NCBI GenBank assembly: GCA_965240325.2
Contig: OZ251231.1
Location: 1,054,001-1,118,000 of the forward strand
DNA length: 64,000 bases
DNA from: Rebecca billardiae RCC1528
Lineage: Eukaryota; Protista; Haptophyta
Reading direction: 5' to 3'
Of the stretch, positions 19,456 through 30,960 are shown in pieces (the stretch's first letter is position 1; the number at the start of each line of letters is the position of its first letter). The position numbers were made by a program, and so were the translations under genes. The notes beneath the pieces were generated by a model. It saw only the letters and a list, made by a program, of their open reading frames with translations. It searched no databases and was not told the DNA's origin.

Positions 19456-20742
19456 ATGGTCGTCATCTACGACAACGCGCTCCCGACATTTGCTGCGAGC
19501 GGGGCGATCGGAGCGCTCGCGCTGGTGTTCGCCCTGGTGCTGCGCCGCCGGAGTGGCCGCACGCGCCTTCCTCGGCACCTCGACCCCGACCTGCGCGGCG
19601 TGCACACGCATGCGCAACTGCTGACGTTGATGTCGCAGCACGTTGCGACGATGCCCGCGCTGCTGCCGCGCCAATGGTCGGGCGGCGCCGATGCGGCCGC
19701 GGGCTCGGCGTGCGTGCGCGTGCTCCAGTTCAATACGCTCGCGCGCGGCCTCTCGTCCGCACCCCACGCGCCGACCCCCTTCGCCGCGTGTGAGCCAAGT
19801 AATTACGGCGGTTTCGACGCGATCGAGCAGCCGGCATGCGCGCTGGACTGGTCGACGCGCAAGTGGCGCGTGCTGCAGGAGGCGCTGCGCTTCGAGCCGG
19901 ACATTGTCGCTCTCGAGGAGGTCGACCAGTTCCACGACTTCTTCGGCCCCGCGCTCGACGTCGCCGGGTACGAGGCGCTGCACCACGCGGTCGCCGACGC
20001 GCCCGGCCTTCGGTTCGGCTACTACAGCGACGGCGTCGTGCTCGCGTGGCGGCGCGACAAGCTGAGGCTGGGCTCGTCGCTGCGCTCGTCCGCGGGGCGC
20101 GCGAGCATCGTTGCCACGCTCGAGCACACCGCCTCGCGCCGCAGCCTCGTCGTGGCGTGCACCCACCTCTCCGCGAAGACGGGCCAGCCGAAGGAGGACC
20201 GGCGCACCGCGCAGGTGCGCGAGCTGCTCAGAGAGGTTGAGGGCGCTCGCGCGGCGGCGGCCGAGCCGTGCGCGCTCGTCGTGCTCGGCGACTTGAACAC
20301 CGACCCGCACAGCGTGAGCCACCCAAGCGCGCACGTCGCCAAGGCCGTGCCGCTCGTCCTCGAGCGCGGCCTGAGCTCCGCCTACCCGCTGAGCGCCGAC
20401 GAGGCGCAGCACGCGCTGCCCACCAACCAGCTGTGGACGACCTGGAAGCGTCGCGGAAAGTACGAGGCGCGGCACCAGATCGACTACGTCTTGTACGCGG
20501 GCGCGCGGTGCGTCGGGCGGCTCGAGCCGCCGTGCGCGGCCGACGTGGGCCAGCGCGGGCTGCCCTCGCCCGCGTACCCCTCCGACCACATCGCCCTCGC
20601 CGCCGACCTCGAGCTCGATGGAGCGGGCGCGGAGCGCGACGGCAGGCTCTCATCGTCCTCCATCGTGCGCGCGGCGACGCGCGACGCGCAGGGCGGCGGT
20701 GCTGCCGAGCCCGAGCGTGGTGGCGGGAGTGCGGCGAGCTAG
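19456..20742 (+). CDS. Nocturnin/CCR4-like EEP-family phosphatase or deadenylase
   Basis: VRVLQFNTLA, W..RK, PDIVALEEVD, THLSAK, GDLN, TTWKRR, IDYV, LPS..YPSDH. N-terminal hydrophobic segment. Confidence 0.85.
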   Translation: MVVIYDNALPTFAASGAIGALALVFALVLRRRSGRTRLPRHLDPDLRGVHTHAQLLTLMSQHVATMPALLPRQWSGGADAAAGSACVRVLQFNTLARGLSSAPHAPTPFAACEPSNYGGFDAIEQPACALDWSTRKWRVLQEALRFEPDIVALEEVDQFHDFFGPALDVAGYEALHHAVADAPGLRFGYYSDGVVLAWRRDKLRLGSSLRSSAGRASIVATLEHTASRRSLVVACTHLSAKTGQPKEDRRTAQVRELLREVEGARAAAAEPCALVVLGDLNTDPHSVSHPSAHVAKAVPLVLERGLSSAYPLSADEAQHALPTNQLWTTWKRRGKYEARHQIDYVLYAGARCVGRLEPPCAADVGQRGLPSPAYPSDHIALAADLELDGAGAERDGRLSSSSIVRAATRDAQGGGAAEPERGGGSAAS

Positions 20743-21220
20743 CACGCGCTGAGGCGGGTGTTAAGCGGCTTGCGAGTCGCGCCCGCGCGCGGCCGCTCGT
20801 GACGATGAATCGCTCGTCCCCGCCGATCATGCTCGGGCCGCCTGTGTGCCATAAGCCGGAATTACGCGGCGGCCTGCCACGCGCCACGCGGCAGACGGCT
20901 GACCCATCAGGCTACGGTCCGCCGAGACCGCCAACTGCAGGCGCGGGCACGGGCCAGTCTCGGCCTCCCTGGCCACGCCCCAGCCTACTGTTCTAAAAAA
21001 GCCTGATTAACTGAAATCTCAGGCGCTGGCGCCTGGCCGCGCGCACCTGGGCCTGGCACCGCCGAGTGGCGGGGCCAACTGAAATTGGCGGGCCAATTCG
21101 TCCGGTTTGAAAATCGCGCGCGCAGTGTAACCCGGATAAATACTGCGGATGAATCAGTTCGCCGCGGATCCGGCGGCGATGGCGGCGGGTGACGCACGGG
21201 CGATGCCTGCCGGATGAGTT

Positions 21221-22375
21221 ATGACTGTGTCGACGCGACGGCTGGGCGCAGCACGCGCGCTCGTGCTCGTCGCGCATCTCACGTGCGCGTCGGCAAGGAA
21301 GAGGCGTCCTCCTTTACCACCGGGGGTCACCAGCCGCGCCGAGACTGCTGAGTGCGCGCGCTTCCGCGCCATCCACACGCCCGCGGTCCATCTGACGACA
21401 TTCTACTCCCAGGGAGAGCCGTACGACCGGGCGCTCAACCTGTCGGCGAGCGAGGAGGCGTTTCGCACGGCGCTCGCGCCGCACTTCAGCAGCTACCGCG
21501 CGTGGTCGTGCGCCGAGCTTCGCCGCGTCGCGCCGCACGTCGTCAAGGAGCACAAGTTTGGGCTCGCGCACAACCCGGGCCTGCACAGCATCGGCTTTGG
21601 CGCCTTCAAGCCGTACATCATGCTCGAAGCGCTGAAGCGCGTGGCTCCGGGGGAGATCGTGGTGTTCCACGACGTGAACGTGCGCAAGTACCCGCAGTAC
21701 CTTGCCGCCGTCGCCGAGATGCCCGCCGTGTGCCGCTGCCTGATGGCGCGCGCCGGGGCCGACGTGTACATGCCGATGGAGGACCCGGTGCTGCTGCCGG
21801 TGGCCGGCTTCGTCAAGGCGCAGGTGGTGCGCGAGCTGGGCGCGGGCTGGTACGAGCCGCCGGCGGTGACGCGCGCGAAGGCGGTGCCGGGCAGGCGCGC
21901 CACCACCTTCAACGCCGCGCAGCGCCGCGCGCCGCGCAGCGCGCAGCGCAAGATGGCGGGCCTCTTCGCATTCCCGCTGCTCAACGCGCACGTGATCGTG
22001 GCGAGGAAGACGGCCGCGGCCGAGGAGCTGCTGCAGCGATGGCTGGAGGCGAACTTGCACGACGCGTGGATGGTCCCGAAGCCGAACCCGGCGCCGCACC
22101 CCGCCTTTGACGCGCACACGCCCGAGCAAGGCGTCTTCTCCGTGCTGGCCGCCGTGCGCGTGCTGAACGGTTCCCTGCCCCGCGATTACCCACGCTACTA
22201 CTTTGGGAAGAACTCGTGGAATAGCCGGTGGGTCACGTGCGCCAACATGCGCGTACTGAACGCGTCGAAGGAGCTCATGGAACACGCGATGCGCAAGTGG
22301 GACGTGAGCGAGCGCAAGGCGCAGGCGAAGCTGCCGCTGCGGAGGAACGGCACCACGACTACTTTCCAAACATGA
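21221..22375 (+). CDS. Secreted or Golgi glycosyltransferase-like protein
   Basis: Signal-like N-terminus; FGAFKPYIMLEAL...GEIVVFHD and H.PEQGVFSVL resemble the WKP.II...D...HDQS nucleotide-sugar transferase-like family; coding-like GC3. Confidence 0.55.
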   Translation: MTVSTRRLGAARALVLVAHLTCASARKRRPPLPPGVTSRAETAECARFRAIHTPAVHLTTFYSQGEPYDRALNLSASEEAFRTALAPHFSSYRAWSCAELRRVAPHVVKEHKFGLAHNPGLHSIGFGAFKPYIMLEALKRVAPGEIVVFHDVNVRKYPQYLAAVAEMPAVCRCLMARAGADVYMPMEDPVLLPVAGFVKAQVVRELGAGWYEPPAVTRAKAVPGRRATTFNAAQRRAPRSAQRKMAGLFAFPLLNAHVIVARKTAAAEELLQRWLEANLHDAWMVPKPNPAPHPAFDAHTPEQGVFSVLAAVRVLNGSLPRDYPRYYFGKNSWNSRWVTCANMRVLNASKELMEHAMRKWDVSERKAQAKLPLRRNGTTTTFQT

Positions 22376-23537
22376 AGCAGTTGCCACTGCCAGGCGGGCT
22401 TCACCGCTTCACGTCCGGCACAGCGTTGCGAATTCGGTGCCGCCGGTGGCCGGCCGACTCCGCCGAGTCATCCGCAATGTGAGGACTTCCTGACGGCGTC
22501 AACATAGTCGTATTGCCAATATTAACGGCTGAGCCTTTCCCTCGGCCTTATGAGCACGCCAGTCACGGAGCGTCGGAGCCGCACGCGCCCGGCCCTCGTT
22601 AGCCGCAGTACTCATGTAGCCACTGCCTGCCACTTACGTCGCCGCACCGTGTCCGCCGCCGTACGAGCGGCGCGTCACCTGCCATCGGCATCGCGGCGCC
22701 GCCGGGCCGGGGGTGCGGCTAGCGCGCGGCCACTGGCCGCGGTGAGGCGCCAGCGGCTGGTGAGTTGCCAGCAGGCGCAGTCAGGTGTCGACGTCGACTG
22801 CGGAGTGCGGTGTCGTCGTCGAGTAGCCAGTAGTGAGTAGGGAGCCGGCCTCCGTGGCCTCAGGCATTCAGGCCGCGGCTGGCCGGCGGGCGGCGTCCTC
22901 ACCGGCTAGCCACAGAGAACACTGACGAGAGTACAGCGCGGCCTTTCGGCCAGTCAGAACGGAAGGGACGCACACAGCTACGGTCTGGGAAGCCCGCCCG
23001 CCCACTGACTTGGGCGTTGTTGGGCAGGGCGCCATCCCGGTGCTGGGCTGGGCCCGGCCCGGGCGGGTCCGGACCCCGAACGGGGGAAGAGCGGAAGAGG
23101 AGGAGAATCGAATCCAAGGACCATACCTGTAGAATGACGATTGCCGATCATTGGCGCCCCTTCGTCGGACGACCACCCTTGCCCTACCGCCCTTGCTTGC
23201 CCCTTGGTCGAACCTTGCCGCGGCGCCCCAGAATTGTGCATGCAAGTGCGACGAGTCTGCGCGGGAAGCGCAAAGCGGCCTGAAAGTGGACTAGCCCTGA
23301 AAGTGTCGTTTGAACGGTGCACAGCCTGTCCAGGACACCCGTTGCTCATCAAGGACCCGAACTCGCCGACGCGCGCGGAAGTAGCGGGAGAACAGGACGT
23401 GCGCCCTTCCCGATCCCTTGCGTGGACGGTCGATGGGAGCGCGTGCGAGCGTCACGCAGCGGCTTCGAGTTCAGGCGCGGGACGGGGCCCATGCCGAACC
23501 CGCGTCGAGTGAACACGATTCTCGCGCGCCAGCGGAG

Positions 23538-25145
23538 ATGCGCCGTCCTCCCTTGCCTCGGCTGCCCTCCGTGCCGGAGGAGATGCACGCGCTTGTAGAG
23601 AGCGTCGTGGCGACGCCACGCACGGACGCGGCAATGGACGCGGGGGAGCCGCCCGCGCCCAAAGCGCAGCAGCCGACGCGCGAGGTCGCAGTCGCACCCG
23701 GATCCGTCCCTGCCGGTGCCGCGCACAAGCTGTCGGCGCAAGCACACGCCGCGCGAGACGTGGCCGCTGCCGAGCCGAGCGCGACGCACAAGCAGCCTTC
23801 CATTGGCTCGAGGCGCAGCACGCCGCCCGTGCCTGCGAGGCGCGGTGCGCCCAAGTCGGGGAGCATTGTTTTCGGCGTGCTGGACTACTCGGACGCGGAG
23901 GACTGCGCTGTGCTCCGGCACGAGCGCGCCGCGCGCCTCTCGACGAGCGAAGACGGCCCTCGCGAGGAGTCGATCGTGGCCGCCGCTGGGCGCGCGTCGC
24001 CACAGCCCCAGCAGCCGCTCAGACTCGCCTCGACCGAGGAGGAGATGCGGCTGTGGCAGGGTGCGGAGGACCAGCTCAGCGATGGCAACGCGCACGCGCA
24101 CGCGCAGGCCTACGCCAAGGCCGTCACCGCGTACAAGCGCGCGCTCGAGCTGAGCTCGACGATGCAGGACGCGCAGCTGCGTCAGCTCGTGCAGCTGTCG
24201 GCGCTGAGCAACATGGGCCACGCGTACCGCGCGCTGCACGCGCACAAGTACGCGCTGCAGTGCCACACGCGCGCGCTCGCGCTCGCGCGCGCGCTCGCGC
24301 ACCCGCGCACCGAGTGCGCCGAGCTCGGCTGCGTCGGCAACTCGTTCTTCGACCTGGGCGAGTTTGCGCGCGCGGCCGAGCACTACTCGCACTCGCTCGC
24401 GGCCGCGCGCAAGCTCGGCGACCACACGCTGGAGTGCGTCTCGCTGTGCAACCTGGGCAGCGCGCACCTCGCGGAGAGCGACGCGCGCAGCGCGGTCAAG
24501 TACTACTCGCACGCCCTCGCCGCCGGCCTCGTGCTCGCCGACCAGCGCTTCGAGCGCTGGGTGCTCGTCGGGCTCGGCACCGCGCACGCGATGCTCGGAC
24601 GATACGACGACGCGCTCAAGCACCACACGCGCGCGCTCTCGCTCGCGCGCGCGCGGCCGCGGCGCGCGGCGCACAGCGCCGCCGCGGCGCACGACGGCCG
24701 GCCGGCGGTCTCGGCGGTCTCGCGGCAGCACGTCCGCCTCACGCTGCCCGAGCACCGCAGCAAGGCGCCCACGTCGATCCGGGAGCGGCTCGCGCGGTAC
24801 GACCAGCTGTGGGAGTCGCTCGGCCACGGCGAGCGGCTGAGCGAGTTCGCCGACGCGCACCACGGGCACGGCGCGGGCCTCGGCGGCAAGGGCGGCACCG
24901 ACGCGCAGCGCGAGCGCGCGCGCTCGCCGCCGCACGTGCGCACGCTCAGCTGGCACGCGCAGCACGTGCTCGGCCGATTGCCGGCTGGCGCGCAGCAGCC
25001 CGGCAGGCGGAGTGGCCCACCGCGCACGGCGTGGGACGTCTCTGCCGATCGACACGGCCCTCACGCGCACGCGCGCGTGCGCGACGACGCGGCGACCACC
25101 GCGGTGGCCAGTACGGCCGAGGATGGTGGCAGCCGGCGCGTGTAA
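23538..25145 (+). CDS. Tetratricopeptide-repeat protein
   Basis: Consecutive TPRs: LSNMGHAYRAL...ALQCHTRALALAR, LGCVGNSFFDLGEFARAAEHYSHSL, LCNLGSAHL...AVKYY, LVGLGTAHAMLGRYDDALKHH. Confidence 0.85.
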   Translation: MRRPPLPRLPSVPEEMHALVESVVATPRTDAAMDAGEPPAPKAQQPTREVAVAPGSVPAGAAHKLSAQAHAARDVAAAEPSATHKQPSIGSRRSTPPVPARRGAPKSGSIVFGVLDYSDAEDCAVLRHERAARLSTSEDGPREESIVAAAGRASPQPQQPLRLASTEEEMRLWQGAEDQLSDGNAHAHAQAYAKAVTAYKRALELSSTMQDAQLRQLVQLSALSNMGHAYRALHAHKYALQCHTRALALARALAHPRTECAELGCVGNSFFDLGEFARAAEHYSHSLAAARKLGDHTLECVSLCNLGSAHLAESDARSAVKYYSHALAAGLVLADQRFERWVLVGLGTAHAMLGRYDDALKHHTRALSLARARPRRAAHSAAAAHDGRPAVSAVSRQHVRLTLPEHRSKAPTSIRERLARYDQLWESLGHGERLSEFADAHHGHGAGLGGKGGTDAQRERARSPPHVRTLSWHAQHVLGRLPAGAQQPGRRSGPPRTAWDVSADRHGPHAHARVRDDAATTAVASTAEDGGSRRV

Positions 25146-25556
25146 TCGTCCTGCCGGAGCTCGGGGCTCCTCGGGGGAACTCCGAACGAACTGGCAGCAC
25201 GACCGTGTGACTGACTCAGCCTCAGATAGCAGATACCGACATCTGCTGATGACGACCGGATTTCACTTTCATCATCAGTGATGCAGAATATAAGCAGATT
25301 ATAATAAGTGCTCGCCGGCTCTGCGCGGACTGGCCCTGGGACCGGCGGACTCGCGGACCATGCGACGGGGCTCGGCGACGGGCGCCTGAGACCGCAAGTC
25401 AAAGTGCCGCCAATACAGACATTGCAGTATACGGTCGTCCGCCTACTTATAATGATGTAACGCCTTGCTGTCACGGACTGTGGCTAGTGCTACTGATCGA
25501 GTCAGTGACACCGCCAGCCTGTCCGCCAGCGCACTCCGACGATGCGCAGCCTCCCC

Positions 25557-26920
25557 TTACCGACTCGGCGGTGCCGCCGGTGTGGCGCCGCACAGCTCCT
25601 CCTCGCGGATCCCCCTGCGGCGCATCTCGTCTCCAATCGTTGCCGCGCTGTGCTCCGACGGCCCGCCCGCGCGCGGCGGCGGCAGCGCGTCGAGCGCCCC
25701 CAGGCACTCATCGCGCCCCGGCCGCCGCCTCGGCCACGCCCGGTTGGAGCCGAGCTTGGCGACGCGCGTCACGCCGGCGCCCAGGTCGCACACGGTGACG
25801 TTGTGGCTGAACATCCAGTGCAGGAAGTGATGCTCCGAGTGGAACCTGCCGTCCGCCCACCCGCGCGCGCCCGGCTTGCCCAAGAGCGCCTCGTGCGAGC
25901 GCACTGCCGGCTGGTGCGGCCTCGGCGCGAGCGGGTCGATGCGCTCCCAGCCGGCGGCGAGCGCGCGCAGCAGGTTCTGGCACATGCCGCGGCGCGCGGC
26001 GACGAGGCCCACCGGCCGCGCGCCCGGCGTGGTCGCGTGCGCGTCCTCCCCGCCCATCTCGGGCACGAAGAGGTGCACGAGCTTGGGGTAGTAGAAAACC
26101 GGGTACGTGAACGCCTCGGGCGGCTGCGCTAGAAGGGAGGAGAGGTGCGCGCGTACTGCGATGGGAAGGAGCGCGTCTCGCTGCTGGCGGGCGGCGGCGG
26201 AGGCGCCGGGCGCCGCCTCGTAGAGCACGTGCTTCCCGTACAGCCCGCACGCCACCTCCATCACGTCGCGCCGACCCCAGAAGACCATGTCCGTCATCGC
26301 GTGCAGCATGCGCGGCGCGGAGGGCGCCAATCCGTCCCGCTCGCGACACAGCTGCCAGCCCGGCAACGTGAGCGTGTCGAAGCGGAGCTTGAGGACCGCG
26401 TCGTACTGCGCGCCCGCGCGCGCCTCGTGGGCGACCATCAGCCGCCAGCTCTCCTGCACCTTGTACCACTGCTGCAGCGCGAGGGAGCGTCCGTACTTCC
26501 GGCCGTGAGCGAGGACGTGTTTGGTCACGTTTGGGCGGCCCGCACCGGCGTCCAGGCTGGCTGCCGACGGTGTGCCCCGAGGGAGCTGGGGAGTGACGGC
26601 GGCGATGGCGCGGAGGCGCGGGCGCATCATTCGAAGCAGCGCCGCGTCCATCGCGCGCTGGCAGCTCACTGGCGAGCACGACGACTGCCCGGTCGACGCC
26701 TCGAGGCGACAACAGCGCGGCTCGAGCTCGTAGACGGTAAAGGCGTCGGCGTCGGTTGGCTCAAGCGTCGCCTTGACGAGCTTTGCGAGGTGGCCGGCGA
26801 ACGCGGTGTCCACACGTGGCGCTGTGCGCTGCACGTCCAGGGACACCAGCCCAACGACGATGGCCGCCACTCGCCCAGGACGGGTGCAGGGCCCAGGCTC
26901 CGACAGGGACGGCGGCGCCA
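25557..26920 (-). CDS. Hypothetical protein, glycosyltransferase-like
   Basis: VAAIVVG near the N-terminus; QWYKVQESWRL...YDAVLKLRFD, DMVFWG and SEHHF resemble the YD.V.R.R.D family; start uncertain. Confidence 0.5.
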
Positions 26921-27406
26921 TTGCGAGCCTCGTCAACCGGGTACTGTACTGTAATCTTACCAAACTGCCGATGATTGAGTCATTGTCTCATTGACTCATT
27001 GAGTCATTGTACGGCGGAAGTTCTACCGTTGTACAGTACGCGTCGTCGTGGCGGGTTTCCGAGTAGCTCGCGGCCTGGCCCTGCTGGTGGTCTGCACGCT
27101 AACGCGTGCTGGGCGCAGAGTGAACATCCGCCCCGCCTACATCTCCGTCGGTGGGCAGCCGTGCCGGCCCGTCCCCCACCCGCGCTGGACCGTGCTGCAC
27201 ATCCCCAAGTCTAAATTGCCAAGTTGAAGTGCGGCGCTCGGTCCGCAGGTCCGCTGTGTCGTCAAAGTAGAGTTGTCAAGTCCGAAGTCGGGACGGGACG
27301 GACGTGACTCGGCTTTGACTATGCGATGGTGATGCACGGGCTGGCGAGCGGCACCGCCCGCTCGCGCCTTCTCGTACAGTACTGAGCGCGACGAAGCAGC
27401 TTATTA

Positions 27407-29031
27407 TGGCCCGCGGTGCAGGGCGGAGCGCGCAGCGTGGAGCCCGCACCAGCGGGCCCGAACCACGTTTCAAAAAGATCTTTGATCAAGAAAAAAGGGA
27501 CGGGGGACGATTTTCATGGCTGGAGGAGACCGAGTTTCGAATTTTGAGACCCTCTCTAACACGCATCACGGCCGAAAAAGGTCGCGCCCACAACAAGTTC
27601 ATAGTAAAGCGTGGAGTGACGCCCGTCCAAAACACTTCACGCCCTTTAGGATCCCTAACGTAACGAACCGTTACAAGCGATTTTTCCGGCCAATGAGATT
27701 GCAGCAAGGTCCAAGGAGCGATGACGTATATAGATAGAGATTGCCGCGAACCGATGTGGCCATGTACGTCCCTTGAATCAGTTGAATCAACTATTCAATC
27801 GCGCCGTGTCTGTATCAGGAGCCAACATGGCAAGGGTCAGTAGCCGATGCGCCAACTTCGGCGTATCTCAATAGTATCTGACACGAGTCTGGAGCCGGGG
27901 ACGGCTGCCCAGCAAAGCCAAACCTTGGTTGCTGCGCACTCTCCGCGAGAGGGTCAGCGCCAGCCGCACGAGCGACCGACGGGTGAGTACGGCGATGGGC
28001 AGGTGCGCGCGGCGAGTTGCGCCTGGAGCGCGCGGCTGTGGCGGGTCCCGACTGCCGTCGACATCGCGTTCGTGCCCCCGCTCACTCCGCGCGCCCCCGC
28101 CGCCCCGTGTCGATGCCTGCGCGCGGCCGCGCGGCCGTCGCCGGGGCGCCCCGGCCGCGCCGCGGCAGCCGCCCTGTATTCGGGCTCTCGCAAGCTCGGG
28201 GGCAGCGGCGCCTGATGCCGGACTGATCGATCTCTGAGTCTTCGACTTCACCACGCGCCGCCCTTGCCATGCCTTTCCGGGGAGCGCCGACGATCCGAGT
28301 CCATCGTCGACGGTCGACTCTGAGCGAGGGCTACGCCTCGGAACTGAACGGTACTCTACGAGGAGGACGAGCTGCGCGGGCGACGGTGGTGCGTGCCGTC
28401 CCCAGAGCTGGCTGTGCCTCTGCAACGCGTGCCGAGCCTGATCGAGGTGTGTCCGCCCGTGCACGCGCGGCGTGCGCGAACGATCTGTGACTGCGGTGCC
28501 CTCGAACCTCGGCCACTGCGTGCCGTCCCTCGGGCTGTCAGCTCCGCGTGGCCTGGCGTGCACGTAGAGTTGCGCTCATGCGTCGATCACGCCTCGCGCC
28601 CGCCTGTCGGCCGTCGCGCAGGCGCTGGTCGAACCCTACTCGGACCAGTGCAAATCATCTAACTATCCTGGCGCTGCCGGTGCGCGGTGACCCGGGACAG
28701 CGGTCACAGTCAGCAGCACGGCGGCCCGAACGAATCCGCGGCCCCGCACCGTGCTCCCTGGCTGTCAGCTTCGCGTGGCCTGGCGTGCACGTGGAGTCGC
28801 GCTCATGCGTCGATCACGCCTGGATACAATCGGCGCCGCGCCGGCGGCTGCGAAGTGCGATGGGCCCGCCCGCGGCGCGGCGGGCGGCGGCGCGCCGCTG
28901 GTGGAGTGAGTCTAGTTGTACGGGCATGCAACTCCGGGTCTGTCAATGGACGACTGCGACGGAGGGTGCACCGCCACCGCGGGCCCTGAACTACGTTCGT
29001 TCTACGGAAAAGGACCGCGGAACGCGGTCAT
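27407..29031 (+). mobile_element. Non-autonomous Helitron2/Helentron-like element
   Basis: 5' T-GGCCCGCGGTG (27408-27418) pairs perfectly with subterminal CACCGCGGGCC (28975-28985). A perfect hairpin GACCGCG-GAA-CGCGGTC (29013-29029) follows, then ATTT. 5' hairpin GCCCGC-acca-GCGGGC. First ~300 bp is homologous to 58237-58555. Confidence 0.7.
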
Positions 29032-30797
29032 TTATTAATAGCTGCGTCGTCGCACTTCGTTGAAGCAGGCTGCGCAGCGTCTGCGTCGGCGTCGGCGGCA
29101 AGGCCGGCCGCCTCCTCTACGCGGTCGAGCGCGGCGTCCGCCTCGCCCGCAGGGCCAGTTGCGACGGCGCGCGCGACCTCGCGCAGGTACGACTCCACGG
29201 GCTGCCCCGCGCGCTCGAGCATCGCCACGAGATCGGGCGCGAGCTTGGCGAGGTTGCGCGTGAAGAAGGAGAGGGCGTGCCCCTCGGCGCCGCCGCGGCC
29301 CGTGCGGCCGACGCGGTTGACAAACGCCTCGAGGCTCGGCGGAAAGTCGTAGTTGACGACGTGCGGGAGGCGCGCGATGTCGAGCCCGCGGCCGGCCACG
29401 TCGGTCGCCACGAGCACCGGCACCTTGCCGCTGCGGAAGGCGGTGAGCGCGGCCTCGCGCTCCTGCTGCCTCCGCTCGCCGTGGATGGCGACGCACGGGT
29501 GCTGGTGGCGGCGCAGCAGCTCGACGACCGCCTCCGTCGTCTTCACCTTGTTCGTGAAGACGAGCACGCGCGCCTTGTTGCGCGCGCCGCGTTCGGTCTC
29601 CTCGGCGCGCAGCCGCTGCAGGAAGGTGAGCAGCTTGCGCCCCTTCTTGTGCTCGGCCGTGACCTGCACCGCCTGCGAGACGGAGGGCGCGAGGACGGGG
29701 AGGGCCGTGGGCTCGGCCGCGGGCGCGCGCCCAGCCGCCGCCGCGCCCGCCGCGCCCGCCCTCGGCGCGTCGTGTGCGCCGCGTGCGCGGATGAAGAGCG
29801 CGTCCGACGTCCACCGCGTCGCCGTCTCCAGCAGCTTGCCCGGCATCGTCGAGCTGAACAGCGCCGTGAGCCGGTGGCGCTTGGCGGAGCCGGGCGATCT
29901 CGCCGCAATCTCGTCGACCTGCTCAGCAAAGCCGGCCGCGAGCAGCTTGTCCACCTCGTCGAGGACGAGCGCCTCGACGCGCGCGAGGCTGAGCGGCGCC
30001 AGAAGGTCCTCCTTTCGCCGCTGCTCGGCCTTCTTGTCCGCCGCCGGCGCGGGCGGGCCGCTCAGGTCGAGCAGCCGTCCGGGCGTGCCGACCAGGACGT
30101 CACAGCCGCCGCCCAGCGCCTCGAGCTGCTCGGCGCGCGGCACGCCGCCGTGCACCAGCTGGGAGCGCACGCCGAAGAGCTTGCACACGCGGCGGCAGAC
30201 CGCGGCCGTCTGCGAGGCGAGCTCGCGCGTGGGCGCGACGAGAAGCGCGCGCGGATTCGGCCCCTTCACGCGGCCGGTGAGGTCGGCGGTGTGCCGCACG
30301 CGCGCCGCGATGGGCAGCACGAACGCGAGCGTCTTGCCGCTCCCCGTCTCCGCGAGGCAGAGGACGTCCAAGCCCGCGAGCAGCGCAGGCCAGGCTTGCG
30401 CCTGCACCGGAGTTGGCTCGCCTAACGCCTTCAAGGCCTGGGCGAACTCGGTGGGCACGCCGTGAGCATCGGCAGACACGACGGGCGGCGGGCACTCACC
30501 CACACGCTCGCCGCGCACGAGAATGCCCAGAGACTTGCGCATCTCCACCACATCAGCCTTGGACGTGGGCTCGTCCTCCACGGGCCAGAAGGACTTTGGC
30601 GGCCGTACGTCGGCACGGCAAGGGGCAGCGGGCCGGGACTGCGGCTGCAGCTGCTCTGCACGCGGGCGCTTCGCTGCCGCATGCGTTGCGGCAACCTCGT
30701 CGGCATCGGCGTCATCGTCGTCCGGGCTTCGGCGCTTCTTTGTGCGCTTGCGAGTGGCCAGGGTGTGCGCCTTCTTCTGCTTGAAGGAAGAGGACAT
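29028..30797 (-). CDS. DEAD-box ATP-dependent RNA helicase
   Basis: Q-motif PTPVQ, AETGSGKT, PTRELA, GG, TPGRL, DEVD, FSST, HG...Q.ER, ATDVAGRGLD, NRVGRTGR. Confidence 0.92.
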   Translation of the reverse strand: MSSSFKQKKAHTLATRKRTKKRRSPDDDDADADEVAATHAAAKRPRAEQLQPQSRPAAPCRADVRPPKSFWPVEDEPTSKADVVEMRKSLGILVRGERVGECPPPVVSADAHGVPTEFAQALKALGEPTPVQAQAWPALLAGLDVLCLAETGSGKTLAFVLPIAARVRHTADLTGRVKGPNPRALLVAPTRELASQTAAVCRRVCKLFGVRSQLVHGGVPRAEQLEALGGGCDVLVGTPGRLLDLSGPPAPAADKKAEQRRKEDLLAPLSLARVEALVLDEVDKLLAAGFAEQVDEIAARSPGSAKRHRLTALFSSTMPGKLLETATRWTSDALFIRARGAHDAPRAGAAGAAAAGRAPAAEPTALPVLAPSVSQAVQVTAEHKKGRKLLTFLQRLRAEETERGARNKARVLVFTNKVKTTEAVVELLRRHQHPCVAIHGERRQQEREAALTAFRSGKVPVLVATDVAGRGLDIARLPHVVNYDFPPSLEAFVNRVGRTGRGGAEGHALSFFTRNLAKLAPDLVAMLERAGQPVESYLREVARAVATGPAGEADAALDRVEEAAGLAADADADAAQPASTKCDDAAINK

Positions 30798-30960
30798 CGG
30801 AGCCTACCGCCCACAGTGCGCCGTCCACACCGCGAGCGCGGAAAGCGCGGCCACGAGGCGCTCGGCGTCGCTGACGTTTTCTGACAGACTATCCGGGTGT
30901 CATCCGCGCCCAAAGCTGTTTGCCGGACTGCTGGTTGGAGATCTTGTCGGAGTCTCGGAG

